Part shown: positions 7,126 to 14,663 of the stretch, piece after piece
Layout: every line of letters begins with the position of its first letter
Numbering within the stretch: position 1 is the first letter of the stretch
Notes under the pieces: generated by a model
Seen by the model: the letters and a program-made list of their open reading frames with translations, nothing else
What the model was told of the DNA's origin: nothing
Database searches by the model: none
Assembly (NCBI GenBank): GCA_964400435.1
Contig: CAYNUR010000002.1
Coordinates: forward strand, 1-25,096
DNA from: an uncultured Candidatus Peribacteria bacterium
Lineage (GTDB): Bacteria > Patescibacteriota > Gracilibacteria > UBA1369 > LOWO2-01-FULL-3
Length of the DNA: 25,096 bases
Reading direction: 5' to 3'
Position numbers and translations under genes: made by a program

Positions 7126-10100
7126 ATGGAAGAACACAAGGATCCTAAACAAAAAGAAGGGACTGATCATCCACTTCACGGTTCTACTCCAGGTTCGCAG
7201 GTGAATAAAAAATCACCCGTAAAAAAATGGGGAATATTTGCTTCAGTTGCAGTTGTAATTGGAGTTGTGGCTTATGTTTTAACAGGGACACAGTTATTCC
7301 AAGGGAATATTAGTGGTCCTTTAGACCAAGCAGGTCCAGATGAAATTATGGATCAGATCTACAATGGTTTTGGTCAAAAAGACCTTAGGTTAAGCTATGA
7401 AACCCTCTCTCAAGTTCAACAAGACGAATACAAGAGTTATTATGATAGCTGGGTACAAGTTGAAGATAGACTTGTGAATGATATTCCAAATTTTGATGCG
7501 CTTGAAGTTGAATTACTCAATACTATTGCAGAAAACTATAAACAAGGTTTTGCAGCCCATCCTGATAAAATCCTAGACTTAGTTCATAGCGATTACGAAC
7601 TTACGATTCAAAATCTTATGAGTCTTTTTGATTTTGCAGTTACTGTTTATAGAGATCCAAATGTAGTTCAAGCAAACGGTGTAAATGTTGATGCATTCTT
7701 TGATAGATATAACGATCAATATTTCAATAATAGAAATGCATCTTTACAATTAAGAACCTATTTTAGAAGTGGATTTTGGGATAATGAGATGGTGACTTTC
7801 TTTGATACATATTTTGACGCAATGTATAACTATGTTGAAGCACTTGCATTTACTACAGTTTCCACAGATGACTCAACAACACCAAATACAGCAGTGATTA
7901 ACGGTGTGATTCCAGCTGCCGAGCAAGCAAGAATTCAGCAATTATTTGATGATGCAATTGCAATTCAACCACAAGGAATGGGATTAAACACACCTCCTTT
8001 TGATATTGATTTACCAATGGAAAGAGATGCGAGTCAGCCTTCAAATATTTGGTATTCACCACTAATAAAAACTCCAACTTTCCCACAAACATGGTTGGAT
8101 GATTTAGTTGCAGATATGCAAGCAAGTTATGATCAAGCAGCAAATGACAGAACAGAACAAGCATTAAGAGATTTAGCAAACCATACCAGAGAATTCGTAA
8201 ATGATGGAAGTGCATGTCACCTAATGTATAACACGGTGAATGATTTAAATAACATGCGTCCTCCAGAAGAAAGAATGGATGTTGTCCTACACGATATTTC
8301 TATACAAGAAAACAGTGGTACAAATATCAGATTAGAAGACACAGACACTAAAGCTTATTTTAAGCTATATGGTCCAGTTAACGGAACAGCAATTCCTACA
8401 ACTCCGGAAAAAGAAGTTTACCAGTACTTAGCAGATAACAATTATGTAGGAGAAGACATTATGATTTTTGCTTCTGGAGATAAAAACAGTCAAGAATCTC
8501 AAGGCCTTGAAGCCTACGAACCTACTGAAAAAATTGAAATTCAAGAAGCACAAAAAGTAATTAATTCAATCAATCAAGCAGATGACATTCAAACTCTTAA
8601 ACAATACGAAAGAGCCTGGGGAGAAGTTATTGTTGAAGGTGAATATAATTCTGGTGAGGTTCTCGGAGATGCTGATTATCAAGTCGTTAACACTTACATC
8701 CAAGAAACCAAAACACAGCAATTTAAAAAATTGATCGAAGGTTATCCAAATCTTTCCGAGTCTCAGTTAAAGGACCTTCTTACATTGATAGATGGAACAG
8801 AAGAGTATTCAACTTTAGAAGAATACAAAGAAATTCTTGATTCAAAAGCTTTCGGACAAGATGAAGTTCCTGGAGTTTACACAACGATAAACGATGCAAT
8901 AATTGATCAACAGGCAGAAGTTAAGAAAATTGAAGCAGTAAAAGTTCAAGAAAACTACTACGAATTTGAACCAGCAAACTTATACTTACAAGATTATCAA
9001 TCTCCTACAAGAGTTGAATCAAGCTTGCCTGGCTCAAACGGAAGAACAGCATATGCCCAAGAAATGAGATCACCGGATGAGGAAAATGAAGATATTCCTG
9101 GAGAAGTTGTGGATGATTCAGGAAATACACCAGTTGATAACCAAGAAACAAATGATGGAGGAAGTGCAGAGGGAACAACGGGAGAAGGATCAACAGAAGG
9201 AGGAACAAATGATGGAGGAAGCGCAGAGGGAACAACCGGAGAAGGATCAACAGAAGGAGGAACAAATGATGGAGGGAGTACAGAAGGATCAACTGGAGGA
9301 GAATCAACAGAAGGTGGAATGACAGAAGGAGGAAGCAATGATGGTTCAACTTTAGAGCAAGCAAATGGTGGACTTGTAATTACAGGAACAAACAATCCAG
9401 AAGCCACGAAAGTAGTTGCAACATCAGCTGATATTACTTTCTACTGTATAGATATCCAAGAGCAACAAGTGCCTCAAGACGGAGAGGATGGAACAGATGG
9501 ATTTAGTTGTTGGGACACAAATCAGAACGGAATGAACGATGATGCAGAAGATGTTAATCAAGATGGAGAGTGGAATACGCTAGACTGCCAAGGAGCAGAT
9601 GGTGCAGATGGGACTGATGGAGGGGATGGACAAGCATGTTGGGATACCAACTCAAACGGAGTACCTGATCCTGAAGAGGATGTAAACAATGACGGTTTAA
9701 TAGATGTTCAAGATTGTCAGGGAGCAGACGGACAAGATGGAACAGATGGATTCAGTTGTTGGGATACAAATCAGAACGGAATGAATGATGATGCAGAAGA
9801 TGTAAATCAAGATGGATTCTGGTCAATACAAGATTGTCAGGGGTCAGATGGGGAAGACGGAACAGATGGATTCAGTTGTTGGGATACAAATCAGAACGGA
9901 ATGAATGATGATGCAGAAGATGTAAATCAAGATGGATTCTGGTCAACACAAGATTGTCAGGGGTCAGATGGAGAAGATGGAGAAGACGGAGTTGACGGAC
10001 AAGATGGAGCAGACGGTCAAGACGGTATTGATGGTCAAGCATGTTGGGATGTCAACAACAATGGAACAAGAGATACAAATGAAGACACAAATGGCGACGG

Positions 10101-11061
10101 AATAGTCGATATCAACGATTGTAGAGGTCAAGATGGAAGAGATGGTTCAGGAATTGGTGGGGGAGAAATATATATTGATATTAACATCGAAGATAATTCA
10201 GTCACTGAAATCAATACAGACCGAATCGTGGATGATTATTTTGGAGGAGGAGCAATCACGAATACAGCAACAAATGAAACAGGAGATGTAAACGTAAATA
10301 ACTACGTAGAAATCATCTCTCAAGATGTGCCAGCAGGCGATCTAGTAGCAGAGATCACAAGTCCAGCAAGAAACAACACAGCACTAGATTTCTTTGAATG
10401 TTTAGATCCAGTAACACCAGTGAGTTTCACAGATATCGCAAATGCCTACTACGCCTACGAGCCAGTACAAACATCAGCAAGACTAGGGTACGAAAACCAA
10501 GCGATTACCATAGGTTACCCACAAGGAGTATCAAGAGTATTCAGAGACAAATCAAACATTACGAGAGCAGAATTGAACAAAATGGTAGCGTTTGCATCAT
10601 GTATCTATCCATACTTTGAACAAGAAGGAATCTATGACGAATTAACAAACAGATTCAATGATAACAGTGCAAATGATTGGTTCTACAGACAAGTGAATGC
10701 GTCAGCAAATGGAGGATTAATCCAAGGATATACAGACGGAACATTCAAGCCAAATCAGCCTATTACGAGAGCAGAAGCAACAAAAATCATAGTAGAAATC
10801 TACTTGAGAATATTCCCAGAGAAACAATTGGGAAGTTGTACGAACTCACCATTTAAAGATGTATTCCCAACAGAGTGGTACTGCGGATATGCAGGAACAG
10901 CCTTCAGAGAAGGGATAGTACTAGGTTCAATCAACTCACAAGGAGATCACTTATTCAGACCAAATGCATCAATAACAAGAGGAGAAGTAGCGGTAATTCT
11001 ATATAACTTCTTCATCACAACCTTACAAAATAGTTTAGAAGACACTTCTCTTTCTAACTAG
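7126..11061 (+). CDS. Large acidic surface protein A: N-terminal TM anchor, Gly/Thr/Glu spacer, five Cys-bounded DxNxDG modules with collagen-like linkers, three C-terminal SLH domains
   Basis: TM WGIFASVAVVIGVVAYVL followed by LFQG; SLH motifs ITRAELNKMV, GYTDGTFKPNQPITRAEA, FRPNASITRGEVA. ORF track starts at TTG 7090; ATG 7126 preferred because its context (AATAACAAAAATAAAATGGAAGAA) mirrors the paralogue's start at 11095. Confidence 0.85.
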   Translation: MEEHKDPKQKEGTDHPLHGSTPGSQVNKKSPVKKWGIFASVAVVIGVVAYVLTGTQLFQGNISGPLDQAGPDEIMDQIYNGFGQKDLRLSYETLSQVQQDEYKSYYDSWVQVEDRLVNDIPNFDALEVELLNTIAENYKQGFAAHPDKILDLVHSDYELTIQNLMSLFDFAVTVYRDPNVVQANGVNVDAFFDRYNDQYFNNRNASLQLRTYFRSGFWDNEMVTFFDTYFDAMYNYVEALAFTTVSTDDSTTPNTAVINGVIPAAEQARIQQLFDDAIAIQPQGMGLNTPPFDIDLPMERDASQPSNIWYSPLIKTPTFPQTWLDDLVADMQASYDQAANDRTEQALRDLANHTREFVNDGSACHLMYNTVNDLNNMRPPEERMDVVLHDISIQENSGTNIRLEDTDTKAYFKLYGPVNGTAIPTTPEKEVYQYLADNNYVGEDIMIFASGDKNSQESQGLEAYEPTEKIEIQEAQKVINSINQADDIQTLKQYERAWGEVIVEGEYNSGEVLGDADYQVVNTYIQETKTQQFKKLIEGYPNLSESQLKDLLTLIDGTEEYSTLEEYKEILDSKAFGQDEVPGVYTTINDAIIDQQAEVKKIEAVKVQENYYEFEPANLYLQDYQSPTRVESSLPGSNGRTAYAQEMRSPDEENEDIPGEVVDDSGNTPVDNQETNDGGSAEGTTGEGSTEGGTNDGGSAEGTTGEGSTEGGTNDGGSTEGSTGGESTEGGMTEGGSNDGSTLEQANGGLVITGTNNPEATKVVATSADITFYCIDIQEQQVPQDGEDGTDGFSCWDTNQNGMNDDAEDVNQDGEWNTLDCQGADGADGTDGGDGQACWDTNSNGVPDPEEDVNNDGLIDVQDCQGADGQDGTDGFSCWDTNQNGMNDDAEDVNQDGFWSIQDCQGSDGEDGTDGFSCWDTNQNGMNDDAEDVNQDGFWSTQDCQGSDGEDGEDGVDGQDGADGQDGIDGQACWDVNNNGTRDTNEDTNGDGIVDINDCRGQDGRDGSGIGGGEIYIDINIEDNSVTEINTDRIVDDYFGGGAITNTATNETGDVNVNNYVEIISQDVPAGDLVAEITSPARNNTALDFFECLDPVTPVSFTDIANAYYAYEPVQTSARLGYENQAITIGYPQGVSRVFRDKSNITRAELNKMVAFASCIYPYFEQEGIYDELTNRFNDNSANDWFYRQVNASANGGLIQGYTDGTFKPNQPITRAEATKIIVEIYLRIFPEKQLGSCTNSPFKDVFPTEWYCGYAGTAFREGIVLGSINSQGDHLFRPNASITRGEVAVILYNFFITTLQNSLEDTSLSN
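9148..9318 (+). repeat. Three tandem 57-bp coding repeats (TNDGGSAEGTTGEGSTEGG)
   Basis: Units at 9148-9204, 9205-9261 (near identical) and 9262-9318 (degenerate). Confidence 0.9.
9478..10146 (+). repeat. Five coding modules C-W-D-x-N-x-N-G...E-D-x-N-x-D-G...D-C separated by G-x-D triplets; includes a near-perfect 120-bp tandem duplication (~9739-9978)
   Basis: Lines 9781-9840 and 9901-9960 differ at one base; the repeated peptide is visible in the translation. Confidence 0.9.
10228..11052 (+). repeat. Direct repeat copy 1 (SLH-encoding 3' cassette), partner at 13585-14409
   Basis: Line-by-line comparison: identical over 10228-10958, then five synonymous mismatches to 11052; offset 3357 bp (duplicated ORFs 10398/13755 have the same offset). 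Confidence 0.95.
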
Positions 11062-11094
11062 TTAAAATAAAAAAATAAAATAACAAAAACAAAA

Positions 11095-14000
11095 ATGGAG
11101 GAAAACAAAAACAATATGCCTGAGGAAAAGGCAACTCCAGCAGAACCAATGCCAGAGATGAATTCTCCTCAGCCAGAACCGCCAAAAAAATCTAACGCAA
11201 TGAAATGGTTTATTGGTATAGCGGTGATTTTAATTCTAGGGATTAGTTCATATTTCCTAGCTACATCAGACTTATTTAGAGGTCAGTTAGTGCTACAAGG
11301 TCCAGATCCTGCAACACCTGAAGAAGAAGGAGCCGCAGATGCTTTTGAAGATCTTTACAGAAATCTATCAAATCGTGATTTTGCAGCAATACTAGAATCA
11401 CTTCCTCAAAGCCAAGATGAAGCTATTAGGACGATTCTTAAAACTCCAACAAAACTATATGAAGATCTTGAAAATCGAACTCAAGTTTCAGGTGAAATCG
11501 AAAAAATTCATGAATTTGTAGCAACGACAAATAGTGCATATGACCAGCATTATGAGAATATTCTAGTTTATTTACCTGAATCCTTCGAGATTGATGGAGA
11601 CGTTTATAATATTCAGCATATTGTTAGGCAGTTAGCTCCAGAAGGTCTAGTCGTAGATGCTCTCACTCTTTCAGCAAACGCAATAGAGTTAATTGTTTTA
11701 ACTCCTGAAGATAATTCACCAGAAATAATCAATACAATCACGAACGATTTTATTGATTTAGCTCATGCAGTAGCAAGAAATGTTCATCAGGTAAGTATTG
11801 CTGATATTGTAGATGCAGATACACAAGCTTGGGCAAATGGAGTTGCAACAGCAATTGAACAAGCTCCAGATTTCTTTGATACCGTTGCAAATGCCGATTT
11901 AATTGATAATTTAAGTTCATCAAACGACTTGGTACAGTTTGTAGTTGAAAACACAGACATAAAAGCCCATCCAATTGGTTTAACTCTTCAAGGTTTTGAA
12001 GGTGATTATTATGATGAAATCTTAACAGACCTAGGTCTGGCTGATGGAGCTACAACAGATTTTATTAAAGTAGAAAATGTTTGGATTCCGGAAGATATGC
12101 ATGCTGGGTTCAATGATGTTATCAGAGAGCTAACTTTAGCAATTGTTCAGGTTCCGGATTATCCAGCTCTTCAACAGGAATCAAACTCACTAGGTTGTGA
12201 TATTAGTCAGTACATTCCTGAGTGCAACGATTTGATCTATGAATATGACCAAAAGCTATGGGAAAGAGGCAATATTGTCGCTTCAGGAGGAGACACTACA
12301 ACAGTTGATCAAGAAATTGCTGAGATTGAAAATGATGCAAATGCAATAAGTTGTACGCTTGTTGATGCACCAGAGTACTGGAGAGAGTGTGAAGATTACT
12401 CACGTGAATATGAACAACTACGAGAACAAAGTGCAGAAATGGCAAACAATGGGCAAGATACAACTACAATAGACAACCAAATTGCCCAACTTACTGATCA
12501 GGCAAGTGCTGAGAAATGTGATCTCGGGGAGCCTCAAAAAAGAAGTTGTGAAGATATTGCTACAGAATATAGAAATGAATCTTTAGCTTCAATAGTAGAA
12601 TATATTATTGATGAAATGAATGCAGCTCCTGCAGATACAGAGTACTATCTTGAACTAGGAAATAAATTAGCTGATGAATTAATCGAGTCAGCAAAACAAT
12701 TTGAAAATACAGGTTATGCTTGCCAATATCTTGCTACATCAGCAAGTGCAGTAGACGGTTTTTTAACAGAGGCATTGGGTACAGAATACACAGATGAATT
12801 TGAATTCATTTACAACCAAAACGACTTCCAAAATGCAGATGTTGATTATGTTAATGGGCTTGAAACAGATAGTGTAGTTGCAGATAACCCAGACTATAAC
12901 GAGGTACTTCACATTACAGGTCCAATTCATGGTGAATATCAAACAGATGCTAACGGTAAGGGAATTTACATTCCAGAAGAAAATTACATTGGAGAAGATA
13001 TGATCTTAGATATTTATGCTAATCCAAATACAGATAGTGGAATCATAGCAGTTAGCTGTACTAACATTCTTCCAGAGTGTTGGGATTCAAATACGAATGG
13101 ACTTAAAGATTCTGACGAAGATTTAAATGAAGACGGAGAAGTTGATGACCTCGATTGTGAAGTTATACCAGAACCACCAGTTGATCCAGTAGTTTCATGT
13201 TATGACACTGACGGTGATGGAGTCTACGAAGTTGGAGACGAAAACAATGACGGAGTAATCGATGAAAATGACTGTGACTACGAAGAACCAACTGAACCAG
13301 AAGCAGCAGAGCCTTCTGAACCACCAGAGTTAGAATGTGAAGATATCAATAATGATGGAGTAATCGATAATACGGATTGTTTCCCTGAAGAAGTAGACAT
13401 AGCTGCATGTTGGGATCTAAACGATAATGGCCAAAGAGATGTCGCAACTGAAGATCAAAATAATGATGGAGTGGTTGATATCAGAGATTGTTCAGGAACA
13501 GGAAGTGGTTTAGGTGGAGCAGATCTATACATCAACATCAATATTGAAGATAACTCCGTAACAGAAATTAATTTAGATGATTTAGTGGATGATTATTTTG
13601 GAGGAGGAGCAATCACGAATACAGCAACAAATGAAACAGGAGATGTAAACGTAAATAACTACGTAGAAATCATCTCTCAAGATGTGCCAGCAGGCGATCT
13701 AGTAGCAGAGATCACAAGTCCAGCAAGAAACAACACAGCACTAGATTTCTTTGAATGTTTAGATCCAGTAACACCAGTGAGTTTCACAGATATCGCAAAT
13801 GCCTACTACGCCTACGAGCCAGTACAAACATCAGCAAGACTAGGGTACGAAAACCAAGCGATTACCATAGGTTACCCACAAGGAGTATCAAGAGTATTCA
13901 GAGACAAATCAAACATTACGAGAGCAGAATTGAACAAAATGGTAGCGTTTGCATCATGTATCTATCCATACTTTGAACAAGAAGGAATCTATGACGAATT

Positions 14001-14415
14001 AACAAACAGATTCAATGATAACAGTGCAAATGATTGGTTCTACAGACAAGTGAATGCGTCAGCAAATGGAGGATTAATCCAAGGATATACAGACGGAACA
14101 TTCAAGCCAAATCAGCCTATTACGAGAGCAGAAGCAACAAAAATCATAGTAGAAATCTACTTGAGAATATTCCCAGAGAAACAATTGGGAAGTTGTACGA
14201 ACTCACCATTTAAAGATGTATTCCCAACAGAGTGGTACTGCGGATATGCAGGAACAGCCTTCAGAGAAGGGATAGTACTAGGTTCAATCAACTCACAAGG
14301 AGATCACTTATTCAGGCCAAATGCATCAATAACAAGGGGAGAAGTAGCAGTAATTCTATATAACTTCTTCATCACAACCTTACAAAATAGTTTAGAAGAT
14401 ACCTCTCTTCAGTAA
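11095..14415 (+). CDS. Large acidic surface protein B, paralogue of A: N-terminal TM, helical Cys-stapled repeats, Cys-bounded DxNxDG modules with Pro/Glu linkers, three SLH domains
   Basis: TM WFIGIAVILILGISSYFL followed by LFRG; C-terminal ~275 aa essentially identical to protein A. Confidence 0.88.
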   Translation: MEENKNNMPEEKATPAEPMPEMNSPQPEPPKKSNAMKWFIGIAVILILGISSYFLATSDLFRGQLVLQGPDPATPEEEGAADAFEDLYRNLSNRDFAAILESLPQSQDEAIRTILKTPTKLYEDLENRTQVSGEIEKIHEFVATTNSAYDQHYENILVYLPESFEIDGDVYNIQHIVRQLAPEGLVVDALTLSANAIELIVLTPEDNSPEIINTITNDFIDLAHAVARNVHQVSIADIVDADTQAWANGVATAIEQAPDFFDTVANADLIDNLSSSNDLVQFVVENTDIKAHPIGLTLQGFEGDYYDEILTDLGLADGATTDFIKVENVWIPEDMHAGFNDVIRELTLAIVQVPDYPALQQESNSLGCDISQYIPECNDLIYEYDQKLWERGNIVASGGDTTTVDQEIAEIENDANAISCTLVDAPEYWRECEDYSREYEQLREQSAEMANNGQDTTTIDNQIAQLTDQASAEKCDLGEPQKRSCEDIATEYRNESLASIVEYIIDEMNAAPADTEYYLELGNKLADELIESAKQFENTGYACQYLATSASAVDGFLTEALGTEYTDEFEFIYNQNDFQNADVDYVNGLETDSVVADNPDYNEVLHITGPIHGEYQTDANGKGIYIPEENYIGEDMILDIYANPNTDSGIIAVSCTNILPECWDSNTNGLKDSDEDLNEDGEVDDLDCEVIPEPPVDPVVSCYDTDGDGVYEVGDENNDGVIDENDCDYEEPTEPEAAEPSEPPELECEDINNDGVIDNTDCFPEEVDIAACWDLNDNGQRDVATEDQNNDGVVDIRDCSGTGSGLGGADLYININIEDNSVTEINLDDLVDDYFGGGAITNTATNETGDVNVNNYVEIISQDVPAGDLVAEITSPARNNTALDFFECLDPVTPVSFTDIANAYYAYEPVQTSARLGYENQAITIGYPQGVSRVFRDKSNITRAELNKMVAFASCIYPYFEQEGIYDELTNRFNDNSANDWFYRQVNASANGGLIQGYTDGTFKPNQPITRAEATKIIVEIYLRIFPEKQLGSCTNSPFKDVFPTEWYCGYAGTAFREGIVLGSINSQGDHLFRPNASITRGEVAVILYNFFITTLQNSLEDTSLQ
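13585..14409 (+). repeat. Direct repeat copy 2 (SLH-encoding 3' cassette), partner at 10228-11052
   Basis: Same comparison as copy 1. Confidence 0.95.
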
Positions 14416-14434
14416 TCTATAAAGGAATTATAGA

Positions 14435-14464
14435 AAAAAGAGCCCTAACATTAGGGCTCTTTTT
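14435..14464. terminator. Bidirectional intrinsic terminator
   Basis: Perfect inverted repeat AAAAAGAGCCCTAA-CA-TTAGGGCTCTTTTT between the convergent SLH gene B and purH. Confidence 0.9.
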
Positions 14465-14663
14465 AATCGGAATGTAAAATGAGTTTTATTTAATCTGATA
14501 AAAAGCTATAAGTCACTCATTGAACCATCCACAACCCCCACCCTCCCTGGGGAATAAAGAAATCTTCTCAAAAAAACATTAAATTTCTTAAATTTTTCTT
14601 TAAAAAATCCAAAACAGCATAGCGCCTGTCGACCGGAGCCTTAGCGTAGGTGCAAGTGGTAGA

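Noticed and set aside
9040-9066. Internal TAYAQE resembling a signal-peptidase site (possible gene-fusion scar) in protein A
   Set aside because: No preceding hydrophobic h-region or plausible start codon context
8997-9407. Overlapping ORFs 8997-9407, 9005-9364 and 9077-9322
   Set aside because: Shadow frames of the low-complexity purine-rich repeat; no independent coding signal
9148-9978. CRISPR-like regular repeats
   Set aside because: Units are contiguous, in-frame multiples of 3 (57 and 120 bp) with no unique spacers and no cas genes
10398-13976. Identical 73-aa ORFs at 10398-10619 and 13755-13976
   Set aside because: Alternative-frame by-products of the duplicated cassette
10959-14409. 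Diversity-generating retroelement (TR/VR pair) at the 3' ends of the SLH genes
   Set aside because: The five mismatches are all synonymous third positions, only two involve A in copy 1, both copies are coding, and no reverse transcriptase is present
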